Assembly (NCBI RefSeq): GCF_000020385.1
Contig: NC_010814.1
Location: forward strand, 3,420,001 to 3,452,000
Length of the DNA: 32,000 bases
From: Trichlorobacter lovleyi SZ
GTDB taxonomy: Bacteria; Desulfobacterota; Desulfuromonadia; Geobacterales; Pseudopelobacteraceae
Reading direction: 5' to 3'
The stretch's first letter is position 1, and each line of letters begins with the position of its first letter. Below, piece by piece: positions 22,107 through 30,114 of the stretch. A program made the translations under genes and the position numbers. The notes beneath the pieces were generated by a model. The model worked only from the letters and a program-made list of their open reading frames with translations, did not search any database and was not told the origin of the DNA.

Positions 22107-22882
22107 GTGATGTTCAGGAGCAGACCGCCGCCCCACGCAAACGACTCTTTATCGCCCTGATGGGCTTTACCTGTGTTGTTCTGGTCCTGTTGATCTTTCT
22201 GGCCTGGTGGATACCCAGCCGCGGTCTGGCCAATATCCACCCCGACCTGCCCCGCATTGTCGGACTGGTGGTGCTGGCCCTGTCCGGTGTTGCCATTCTG
22301 GGCACGGTCCTGCTGGTACTGACCACGGCCCTGGGCAAGGATATCTTCTTTACCCGCTTCATGCGGCTGGTGGTGATCAAGTTCCTGCTGCCGATGATTG
22401 AGTTTGTGGGCAGGGTACTGGGGCTGGACAAGGACCGGATCCGTCAGTCCTTTATTGCCATGAACAACTCCCTGGTAATCTCACAGAAATACAAGGTACG
22501 GCCGGACCGGATACTGATCCTGCTGCCCCACTGTATTCAGCTGTTTGACTGCGAGATCAAGGTAACCGGCGACGTGAACAAATGCGTGCTGTGCGGCCGC
22601 TGCGACATCAAAGGGCTGGTGGAAATCGGCAGGAAGTACGGGATCGACATCTCGGTGGCCACCGGCGGCACTCTGGCCCGCAAGGTGATTGTGGAAAAAC
22701 GGCCTAAACTGGTACTGGCTGTGGCCTGCGAACGGGATCTGACCTCCGGCATCAAGGATTGCTACCCGCTGCCGGTGATCGGCGTCCTGAACCTGCGGCC
22801 CCATGGCCCCTGCTTCAACACCATTGTGGATACCGCTGCCATCGACGCCGCCCTGCAACAGGTGCTGGAGCTGCCAAAATAA
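22103..22882 (+). CDS. DUF116-family membrane protein with Cys cluster
   Basis: 259 aa with two or three N-terminal TM segments. Cys-rich block HCIQLFDCEIKVTGDVNKCVLCGRCDIKG and later LAVACERDL. ATGA overlap with the fmt stop (22103-22106). Confidence 0.7.
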   Translation: MSDVQEQTAAPRKRLFIALMGFTCVVLVLLIFLAWWIPSRGLANIHPDLPRIVGLVVLALSGVAILGTVLLVLTTALGKDIFFTRFMRLVVIKFLLPMIEFVGRVLGLDKDRIRQSFIAMNNSLVISQKYKVRPDRILILLPHCIQLFDCEIKVTGDVNKCVLCGRCDIKGLVEIGRKYGIDISVATGGTLARKVIVEKRPKLVLAVACERDLTSGIKDCYPLPVIGVLNLRPHGPCFNTIVDTAAIDAALQQVLELPK

Positions 22883-22943
22883 GACCCACCCCGGCCCTCC
22901 ATTAACAGGAATTATTCCAATTCCAAATCAAGGATGAGATCAA

Positions 22944-23007
22944 GGCGGCGAGGAATTAAGCGACGCAGGCGTACACGTCAGTACGTTGAGGAGCTGAAGA
23001 CGAGCCA
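22944..23007. repeat. Intergenic repeat element, copy A (conserved hairpin core)
   Basis: GGCGGCGAGGAATTAAGCGACGCAGGCGTACACGTCAGTACGTTGAGGAGCTGAAGACGAGCCA aligns by eye with 27001-27079. The shared core is GACGC..GGCGTACA...CAGTACG, with a 7-bp stem GGCGTAC / GTACGTT that includes two G-T wobbles. It is bracketed by the 9-bp inverted repeat ATTCCAATT (22914-22922) / AATTGGAAT (23031-23039). Confidence 0.45.
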
Positions 23008-23039
23008 ACGAAGATATCGTCTTGAGTTAAAATTGGAAT

Positions 23040-24041
23040 TTAAATCCTGAACCGGTCCAGCTCATCCTCCTGCAGATCATTCAGCACACTGATTTCTGAT
23101 CGTTTGCCATCAACCTGCAGACTTACACAGGCTGCCTCCCCTTTGGCGGCCCTGGTGTAGCGCAACAGAATCCGTCCTGCCTGCACCAAATCCGCTTCCT
23201 GGGGTTCTCCCAGCAACAGCACCAGCGGACTGGCGCCATCCATCCAGCGCAGGGTGGTTTCACCAGCACCGATGGCGGCCAGAATCTTCTCGTTGTCACT
23301 ACTGTCCCGCCCAACCACCGCCTTACAGGTCTCAGACAGCCGAAAGTGCCTACCGGTACGCAGCAGATCAAAATCCCTGATCACCGGCACGGTCTGGTGG
23401 TCCAGCAGATCCTTGACCTTGGGGATGTAGCTCTCCTCGGTCAGCAGACAGCCGCCACCCGGCGCCGGATACTCATCAACCCCCAGTTCGGCTGCCAGCC
23501 GCATCTGGTCCTTACGCCCCCGCCCCTTGATGGCAGGTAGCTGCTCCCGGTTGACCCAGCCCTCTGCCTCCGGTATGGTCACCTTCATATATTTTGCAGA
23601 AAGCGGACGCAGCAGCAGACCGGCAATGCCGCAATCCCGCTCAATCAGACGCAGGGTATCCTGACGCTGGCTCATGGGGCGCTGCCCCACCACCTCACCG
23701 GTGATCACAAAGTCAGCCTGCAACTCCTGCAACAGGGCTCCAGCACAGCGCAGCATGAAGGTCTTGCAGTCAATGCAGGGATTCAGGGCGCTGCCGTAGC
23801 CGTGGCGGGGATGCCGTAACATCTCGATAAATTCTGCCCCCAACGGGATAGAGCGGAACGGAATGTCATAACGCCGGGCATATCTGGCCGCCACCGGTTC
23901 ACCATCAAGGATCGGAGAACAGCCGAAAAAAGGCGAGGTGAAGTTGATGGCAAGGACATCAATCCCCTGCTGCTGGATCACCTTCACTGCCAGGATTGAA
24001 TCCAGGCCACCGGAAAATAACGCTAGGGCTCGACGCTGCAT
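23040..24041 (-). CDS. PP-loop (SGGxDS) ATP pyrophosphatase, MnmA/ThiI-like, putative tRNA thiolation enzyme
   Basis: 333 aa. ALFSGGLDS PP-loop at the N-terminus and NPCIDCK motif. Strong SD AAGGAG. The exact subfamily is not resolved. Confidence 0.65.
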   Translation of the reverse strand: MQRRALALFSGGLDSILAVKVIQQQGIDVLAINFTSPFFGCSPILDGEPVAARYARRYDIPFRSIPLGAEFIEMLRHPRHGYGSALNPCIDCKTFMLRCAGALLQELQADFVITGEVVGQRPMSQRQDTLRLIERDCGIAGLLLRPLSAKYMKVTIPEAEGWVNREQLPAIKGRGRKDQMRLAAELGVDEYPAPGGGCLLTEESYIPKVKDLLDHQTVPVIRDFDLLRTGRHFRLSETCKAVVGRDSSDNEKILAAIGAGETTLRWMDGASPLVLLLGEPQEADLVQAGRILLRYTRAAKGEAACVSLQVDGKRSEISVLNDLQEDELDRFRI

Positions 24042-24118
24042 CTGCTGAAAACTCCTTGGTTTGATTACTCAGTTGCGGGGCAGCATCTGTAGCACAACCG
24101 CACCATCTTCTGCAATGG

Positions 24119-24146
24119 TTGACTCACCATCATATCAGGTTACAAT
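24119..24146 (+). promoter_or_regulatory. Candidate sigma70 promoter for the pilB-like/pilT pair
   Basis: TTGACT (24119-24124), a 16-nt spacer, then TACAAT (24141-24146). It is 33 nt upstream of the ATG at 24180, with SD AAGGGAG. Confidence 0.45.
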
Positions 24147-24179
24147 AGCATCCATTCCTCAGCAGCAGAAGGGAGCCCT

Positions 24180-25832
24180 ATGCCGATCAATGTCAGAGAA
24201 GGTACGCTGGGTGCCATCCTCTACAACTCACGTATCATCAGTGAAGCCGACATCACTGCCGCCCTTGAAGAGCAGCAGCGCAGCAGCAGCCGCTTCGGTG
24301 AAGCCCTGGTATCGCTGGGAATTGTCACCCAGGAGGATATCGACTGGGCACTCTCCAATCAGCTGGACATCCCCTATATCCGTCTCAAGCAGGAGATGAT
24401 TGACCCGGAGGCGTTGAGCCTGCTGCCGCCGCACCTCTGCCGGATACACCAGCTGATCCCGTTGATCCGGGCTGGAGATGAACTTTCAATTGCCATTGCC
24501 GATCCGCTCAACAAAGAAGCAGTGACCGCGGCAGCAGAGGCTTCAGGCTGCCGGATCAACCTCTCGGTGGCCCTGATCCGGGAGATCAATGAGATGCTTG
24601 ACCTCTGTTATGGTCTACCCAGGGAAGATCTGCTGGGGTTCAGCTCCGGCCTTCTATCACCGGAACAGCTCAGCTCCATCAATGCCGACAGCAGCGGCCA
24701 GCAACTGATCAACAGTCTGCTGGCCTACAGCATCCAGCACCAGCTGACCTCCTTTTCCTTCAGACCGCTTGAGGATCTGATCAGCATCTCCGGCCGCAGC
24801 GGGGCAACCAGCCATGAGCTGGGACAGTTGACGCATGAACACTATGCCGGGCTGTGCACACTGCTCAGAAAGGCTGCCGGGCTGTTGCCATCGGGCGAGA
24901 CATCACAGAGCGGTTGTCTCTTTTTTCAGTACCATGAACGGGAGATCTGCTTTCAGGTACTGCTGCTGCAAGGGGCAAACGGTGACTACCTCACCATCCG
25001 CCAGCATATCAGCGCCACCATTCCGGCAAAATTGGACCTGCTGCAACTGCCCGACTTTCAGAAACAGCAGTTCAGACGACTGGCAACCCGACGTCAGGGA
25101 ATGATCCTGTTTGCCTCCCGCTCGTTGCAGGAACGTTGCCGTTTCATGGACCTGATGCTGGAAGAGCTGGACACCGACGGACAATCGGTGCTGATTCTGG
25201 GCAAGGAGCCGGGCCGCATGAACAAGCGCTTCCCCCGCATCCCCCTTGCCGGTTCGGAAGCGGCCAGGGGACGTCTGATCATGGACAGCCTGGAACATGG
25301 CCCGGACATTCTGGTGATTGAGGATGGTACGGCACTGGAGTCATTCACGGCAGCCGGCCGGGCCGCCATGCGGGGCAAACTGGTGCTGGTGGGAATGGAT
25401 ATCCGCGGCACCCGCAACCTGTGCGACCACCTGATCCGCTTTCGTCAGCGCAACGCCTTTCTGACCCCGTTTCTTTCCGGTATTGTATCATTCAAAGGCA
25501 TTCAGCTACTCTGTCCCTCCTGCAGACAGGCCGCCACCATAGCGCAACAGGAACTACTCGGCCTGCAGATGCAGCCACCACCTGCAGAGCTGTACCATGC
25601 AACAGGCTGTCCACAATGTAACTACACCGGGGTCAGTGAACGGATTTTTCTGACCAACTGCATCTGTTTTGACCGTGAACTGCACGCCCGTTTTGATGCC
25701 GCTTCTGACGGAAGCAGTTTTATCGCCGGACTTAATGCTGATGGGTATCGCGGCATCAAGGCGGAAGGCGAGGTTCTCTTGAAGGCGGGAGCTGTATCAC
25801 CGGAAGAGTTCATTGCTGCTGTCATTCAATAA
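24180..25832 (+). CDS. PilB/GspE/MshE-like protein with MshEN-type N-terminus and degenerate (pseudo-)ATPase domain
   Basis: 550 aa. aa 9-61 form two 24-aa MshEN-like motifs separated by a 5-aa spacer. A T2SSE_N-like region follows (IPLIRAGDELSIAIADPLNKEA). Tetracysteine CPSC...CPQC is present. Walker A, Asp box, Walker B and His box are all replaced (FASRSLQERC, LGKEPG, DILVIEDGTA, RGKLVLVGMDI). Confidence 0.8.
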   Translation: MPINVREGTLGAILYNSRIISEADITAALEEQQRSSSRFGEALVSLGIVTQEDIDWALSNQLDIPYIRLKQEMIDPEALSLLPPHLCRIHQLIPLIRAGDELSIAIADPLNKEAVTAAAEASGCRINLSVALIREINEMLDLCYGLPREDLLGFSSGLLSPEQLSSINADSSGQQLINSLLAYSIQHQLTSFSFRPLEDLISISGRSGATSHELGQLTHEHYAGLCTLLRKAAGLLPSGETSQSGCLFFQYHEREICFQVLLLQGANGDYLTIRQHISATIPAKLDLLQLPDFQKQQFRRLATRRQGMILFASRSLQERCRFMDLMLEELDTDGQSVLILGKEPGRMNKRFPRIPLAGSEAARGRLIMDSLEHGPDILVIEDGTALESFTAAGRAAMRGKLVLVGMDIRGTRNLCDHLIRFRQRNAFLTPFLSGIVSFKGIQLLCPSCRQAATIAQQELLGLQMQPPPAELYHATGCPQCNYTGVSERIFLTNCICFDRELHARFDAASDGSSFIAGLNADGYRGIKAEGEVLLKAGAVSPEEFIAAVIQ

Positions 25833-25856
25833 TCGACGACATGGAGACAAACAACC

Positions 25857-26927
25857 ATGGCTAAAATAGATGCACTGTTCAAGATGATGAAAGAACAGGG
25901 GGCTTCAGACCTGCACCTCTCATCCGGCAACCCACCCATCTTCCGCCAGCATGGCGAGATGGTCCGGCTGCAGTTCAAACCGCTCTCCCACGAAGAGTTG
26001 ATCCCGATCCTGTATGAGATCCTCAATGATGAGCAGCGGGCCCAGTTCGAGGCCACCAACGACCTGGACTTTGCCTACGCCGTACCGGATCTGGCCCGTT
26101 TCCGTGGCAACATCATGATGACCCACCGTGGCGTGGCAGCGGTCTTCAGGATCATCCCGGCTACGATCCTCTCGGCAGACCAGCTGAACCTGCCGGAAGG
26201 GGTGCGGCGGATGACCCAGTTCAAAAAGGGGCTGGTACTGGTGACCGGCCCGACCGGTTCCGGTAAATCCACCACCCTGGCAGCTCTGATCGATCTGATC
26301 AATGCCACCCGCAAGGAACATATCCTGACCCTGGAAGACCCGCTGGAGTTCATCCATGAAAACAAACAATCGCTCTTGAACCAGCGTCAGATCGGGGCGC
26401 ACACCAACTCGTTCGCCTCGGCCCTGCGGGCCGCCCTGCGGGAAGACCCGGACATCATCCTGGTGGGAGAGATGCGGGATCTGGAGACGATCCAGCTGGC
26501 CATGAGCGCTGCCGAGACCGGTCACCTGGTCTTCGGCACCCTGCACACCAACACCGCAGCCAAGACCATTGACCGGATCATTGATGTCTTTCCGAAGGAA
26601 TCACAGGATCAGGTTCGCACCATGCTGTCGGAATCGCTCAAGGGGGTGGTCTGCCAGCAACTGCTCAAGACTGCTGATGGTCACGGACGGGTGGCAGCCC
26701 TGGAGATCATGCTGGGTACCCCGGCCATTGCCAACCTGATCCGCGAAGGCAAGACCTTCCAGATCCCCTCCATCATCCAGACCGCCAAGAAAGACGGCAT
26801 GCAGCTGATGGACCAACACCTGCTGGATCTGCTCAAGACCAGGCAGATCAACCCGGAAGAGGCCCACCGCTGTGCCATTGACAAGAAACAGTTTGAACAG
26901 TACCTGCCTCAGACACCTGCGACATAG
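25857..26927 (+). CDS. pilT: Type IV pilus retraction ATPase PilT
   Basis: 356 aa. Walker A GPTGSGKST, EDPLEF, REDPDIILVGEMRD, TGHLVFGTLHTN, and the PilT signature AIANLIREGKTFQIPSIIQT. Confidence 0.9.
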   Translation: MAKIDALFKMMKEQGASDLHLSSGNPPIFRQHGEMVRLQFKPLSHEELIPILYEILNDEQRAQFEATNDLDFAYAVPDLARFRGNIMMTHRGVAAVFRIIPATILSADQLNLPEGVRRMTQFKKGLVLVTGPTGSGKSTTLAALIDLINATRKEHILTLEDPLEFIHENKQSLLNQRQIGAHTNSFASALRAALREDPDIILVGEMRDLETIQLAMSAAETGHLVFGTLHTNTAAKTIDRIIDVFPKESQDQVRTMLSESLKGVVCQQLLKTADGHGRVAALEIMLGTPAIANLIREGKTFQIPSIIQTAKKDGMQLMDQHLLDLLKTRQINPEEAHRCAIDKKQFEQYLPQTPAT

Positions 26928-26933
26928 CAGCAA

Positions 26934-26994
26934 CGCCCCACGAAAAATCCGTGGGGCGCAGACTTCCAGCCACTTAAGGAAGCGGGATTTTTTT
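26934..26994 (+). terminator. Stem-loops after pilT (possible terminator / 3' stabiliser)
   Basis: CGCCCCAC-gaaaaatcc-GTGGGGCG (26934-26958) starts 7 nt after the stop. A second short stem CTTCC/GGAAG is followed by a T7 run (26988-26994). ACGAAAAATCC and GGATTTTTTTCGT can also pair around both. Confidence 0.4.
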
Positions 26995-27000
26995 CGTTCT

Positions 27001-27079
27001 GGCTGCGGTAATCAAACAATGACGCGGAGGCGTACAGAGCAGTACGCCGCACAAGGCATTGTGAAGATTGACACGGCCA
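27001..27079. repeat. Intergenic repeat element, copy B (conserved hairpin core)
   Basis: GGCTGCGGTAATCAAACAATGACGCGGAGGCGTACAGAGCAGTACGCCGCACAAGGCATTGTGAAGATTGACACGGCCA. It has a perfect 7-bp stem GGCGTAC (27029-27035) / GTACGCC (27042-27048) with a 6-nt loop. It is related to 22944-23007. Confidence 0.45.
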
Positions 27080-27105
27080 GGGCGGAAAAGGGCCGCTTCC
27101 CTGTC

Positions 27106-28926
27106 CTACATTTCTACTCTTGTGACGACACCCTGTAATTTTGCCGCCGGCAGCTTGTTAAACTGCACAAAATTGGGGGTCAGCTTCTTGATCAGGGCAA
27201 AGAACTTCCAGATCGGGTTGGTGGTGGCAATATCTTCAATACCGTAGAAGATGACCTTCTCTGTGATACCGTAAGCCCTGATGATCTTTTCAATCTCGAT
27301 CACTTCCATGTAGCCAGCCTGAATCTCAAACCCCTCCAGCCCCGGCCCCATTTCCTTGGTATGCAGGCTTTCAACCCCGAACGGTTCATCGGTCCGTACG
27401 ATGGAAATCAACACGTTACGCTCATAGATAATGTTGCTGCGGATCACGCAGTGCACCAGATAGGGGGGGATCACATCCAGTCCCCGCACAAAGAACAGAC
27501 CGGTGCCGGGTATGTTGCGACCTTTGCCGAAGATCTGCTCGTAGGAGATCATGAAGGTCTCCAGATCCAGTGGTTTGAGGGCATGGTACAGCGCCTTCTG
27601 GCCCCTGGTCCAGACCATGATGGTGACAAACGGAATGGCAGCAAGAATGATTGACCAGTAGGCACCGTGGGGGATCTTGGAAAAGGTGGAGGTGAAATAG
27701 ATCAGGTCCAGAATACCCACCACCACCACGATCGGCACCTTCCATTTTTTCATGGTGTGGGAGTAGACCATGATCATCATGATGGCGGTAATGGTCATGG
27801 AGCCGGTCACGGCCATACCGTAGGCCGCGGCCAGATTCCCGGACTTCTGAAAAAAGAACATCACAAAGATCACGGCGGTCATCAGGGTCCAGTTGACCGC
27901 ACCGATGTAGATCTGGGACTGGATATGGGTAGAGGTGTAATCCACCTTCATCAGCGGCATCAGCCGGGTGGTGATCCCCTGGTAGACAATGGAAAAGACC
28001 CCGCTGATGATCGCCTGGGAGGCAATGATGGTGGCCATGATGGTCAGCAGCAGGAACGGGATGTAGAGCAGCGGCGCCTGATGGTTGATCATGGCAAACA
28101 GGATATTCTTGGTCTGGCCGCTGCTCAGGATAAAGGCCCCCTGGCCCAGGTAGTTCAGGTAGAGGGCAAAGAAGACAAAGTACCAGGCCCGCACGATCGG
28201 CTTGCGTCCCAGATGCCCCATATCGGCATAGAGCGCCTCGCCGCCGGTGGCGCAGAGGATCACCTCCGACAGTACAATGTAACCGGCAAAGCCGTTCTGG
28301 CGGAAAAACTCAAAGGCGTAATGGGGGCTGATCGCCTTGACGATGCCCGGCATACCGGCGATGGAGACCAGACCGGAAAGCATCAGGGCGCCAAAATAAA
28401 GGGCCATGATCGGCCCGAAGATTTTTGCCACCTTGTCGGTGCCGCGGTGCTGGAAGAAGAACAGAGTAAAGGCAATCAGAGCAGCAATCAGCACCAGCAC
28501 GGTCTGTTTTGTCCCTGCCAGCGCCGGGATCAGCAGCAGACCTTCCACAGCCGACAGGATTGAGATGGCCGGGGTGATTACACCATCACCAAGCAATAGG
28601 GAGACCCCCAGAAACGAGAGGAACCCGGCAAAGGCCAGCAGACGCCCCTGCTTGAGCATCTTGATCAGGATCTCCCTCAGGACGATCTCGCCCCCCTGCC
28701 CCTTGCGTCCCAACGCCATGGCCAGCCAGGCATACTCCACCGTCACCAGAATAGTCATGGTCCAGAACACCAGCGACAGGATGCCGTAGACGTTGGCAAC
28801 GGTCGGTTTGGTCAGGGCAAAGACAATGGTCAGGGTATAGATCGGGCTGGTGCCGATATCGCCGAACACCAGGCCCAAGGCCTTGATGATACCGCCCCAG
28901 AAGGAATCTTCATGTTTGTGGGTCAT
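27106..28926 (-). CDS. kup: KUP/HAK/KT-family potassium uptake transporter
   Basis: 606 aa. N-terminal LGLVFGDIGTSPIYTL signature, ~12 hydrophobic segments, and a cytoplasmic C-terminal domain ending LQGVVTRVEM. Confidence 0.95.
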   Translation of the reverse strand: MTHKHEDSFWGGIIKALGLVFGDIGTSPIYTLTIVFALTKPTVANVYGILSLVFWTMTILVTVEYAWLAMALGRKGQGGEIVLREILIKMLKQGRLLAFAGFLSFLGVSLLLGDGVITPAISILSAVEGLLLIPALAGTKQTVLVLIAALIAFTLFFFQHRGTDKVAKIFGPIMALYFGALMLSGLVSIAGMPGIVKAISPHYAFEFFRQNGFAGYIVLSEVILCATGGEALYADMGHLGRKPIVRAWYFVFFALYLNYLGQGAFILSSGQTKNILFAMINHQAPLLYIPFLLLTIMATIIASQAIISGVFSIVYQGITTRLMPLMKVDYTSTHIQSQIYIGAVNWTLMTAVIFVMFFFQKSGNLAAAYGMAVTGSMTITAIMMIMVYSHTMKKWKVPIVVVVGILDLIYFTSTFSKIPHGAYWSIILAAIPFVTIMVWTRGQKALYHALKPLDLETFMISYEQIFGKGRNIPGTGLFFVRGLDVIPPYLVHCVIRSNIIYERNVLISIVRTDEPFGVESLHTKEMGPGLEGFEIQAGYMEVIEIEKIIRAYGITEKVIFYGIEDIATTNPIWKFFALIKKLTPNFVQFNKLPAAKLQGVVTRVEM

Positions 28927-29010
28927 ACTATTCCTTTTCGATTCTTATTCTGTTCTTCCTTGTCCAAGCTACATGCTGTCTATACGCTACACCTATAGCA
29001 CTATCCATTC

Positions 29011-29028
29011 TATAAGCGAGCGCTTATA
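29011..29028. promoter_or_regulatory. 18-bp palindrome TATAAGCG-AG-CGCTTATA upstream of kup (candidate operator)
   Basis: 8-bp perfect arms read from the sequence, 85-102 nt upstream of the kup ATG (28926). It is embedded in a run of CTAT(A) repeats (28979-29037). Confidence 0.3.
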
Positions 29029-29076
29029 CCGCCTATAAACAAAGTCACCCTTGTGGCGGCTTCGGCCGTTTATGTG

Positions 29077-30114
29077 TCAGGTATCTTCCAGATTGCCGGA
29101 AAGCCCTTCAATCCGTTTGCTCATCTCTTCCGGAGACGGGAAATATTTTTTAAGTTCTTTTGGCAGTTTGTTTGAAAGCTTGTATGTCGAAACACCAATC
29201 GGTTTATTGCTGTCTCTCAAGGCATATTCGACAAAGGTCCTGCTTTTCTCCTTACAAAGGATGATGCCGATAGAAGGCTCCTCATCAGGCAATCGAACGG
29301 TATCGTTAAGCGCTGAAAGATAAAACTGCATCTTGCCTGCATATTCCGGTTTGAACGCTCCGATTTTCAGTTCAATTGCAACAAGGCAGCGCAACTGCCG
29401 GTGATACAGAAGCAGATCGATGAAAAACTCTGATCCGTCAATTTCCAGCCGGTATTGATTGCCAACAAAGGTAAAGTAGCCACCCATCTCCACCAGAAAC
29501 TTCCGTACATTGTCCACCAATGCCCGTTCAAGCTCTTTTTCCGAGTGCCCATCGGACATCTCCAGAAAGTCGAAGGTATATTCATCCTTAACCGCCAGTT
29601 TTGCCTGATGCCGGTATTTTTCCGGCACTGCTTTGTCAAAGTTGGTCTGGTTCGCCATAAATTTTTCAAAGGCACCAGCCTCAATCTGGTTGATAAGAAC
29701 ATCCTTGGTCCAGCCGAACTTCTTGGTTATCTTGATGTAAAACTCGCGCTGAAGTAGATCCTTACAGCGTTCCATGATGATGACATTTTTCGTCCAGCTG
29801 ATTTCTGCAGCCAATGGTTGCAGTTTTTGATTGTCCTTGTATGCCAGATAAAAGTTCTTCATATTCCAGAGGTTTCGTGAGGAAAACCCCTGCAGTCCAG
29901 GGAACTCGTTCTGTAAATCCCTCGCCAAAGTTTCTACAACCGCCTTGCCCCAGCCAAGCTGTTCCTGTCTGCTGACTATTGATTTTCCGATGTCCCAGTA
30001 CAGACTGATAAGCTCTTTATTTACTGCCTTCAGTGCGGCGTACTGGGCGTTGTGTATTCGTTCTTTCAGTTCCAGAAGGAATGTTGTGTATTCGGCGGGC
30101 AGGATATTGGTCAT
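29077..30114 (-). CDS. DUF1016 / YhcG-family PD-(D/E)xK nuclease-like protein
   Basis: 345 aa. The N-terminal block LKERIHNAQYAALKAVNKELISLYWDIGKSIV...GWGKAVVETLARDLQNEFPGLQGFSSRNLWNMKNFY is characteristic of DUF1016. The C-terminal FIDLLLYHRQLRCLVAIELK fits D...E-x-K. GC is clearly lower than the flanks. Confidence 0.85.
   Translation of the reverse strand: MTNILPAEYTTFLLELKERIHNAQYAALKAVNKELISLYWDIGKSIVSRQEQLGWGKAVVETLARDLQNEFPGLQGFSSRNLWNMKNFYLAYKDNQKLQPLAAEISWTKNVIIMERCKDLLQREFYIKITKKFGWTKDVLINQIEAGAFEKFMANQTNFDKAVPEKYRHQAKLAVKDEYTFDFLEMSDGHSEKELERALVDNVRKFLVEMGGYFTFVGNQYRLEIDGSEFFIDLLLYHRQLRCLVAIELKIGAFKPEYAGKMQFYLSALNDTVRLPDEEPSIGIILCKEKSRTFVEYALRDSNKPIGVSTYKLSNKLPKELKKYFPSPEEMSKRIEGLSGNLEDT

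Noticed and set aside
25920-26546. 208-aa minus-strand ORF
   Set aside because: It is antisense to pilT, whose Walker A/B, Asp and His boxes are intact.
27667-28563. 298-aa plus-strand ORF rich in His/Gly/Asp
   Set aside because: It is antisense to kup, which is unambiguous. Its composition is an artefact of reading hydrophobic-codon-rich DNA in reverse.
28927-29076. Possible riboswitch (e.g. a c-di-AMP/ydaO-type K+ transporter leader) upstream of kup1
   Set aside because: The available leader is short, AT-rich and lacks the extended pseudo-symmetric GC-rich helices of that class. I could recognise no conserved riboswitch core.
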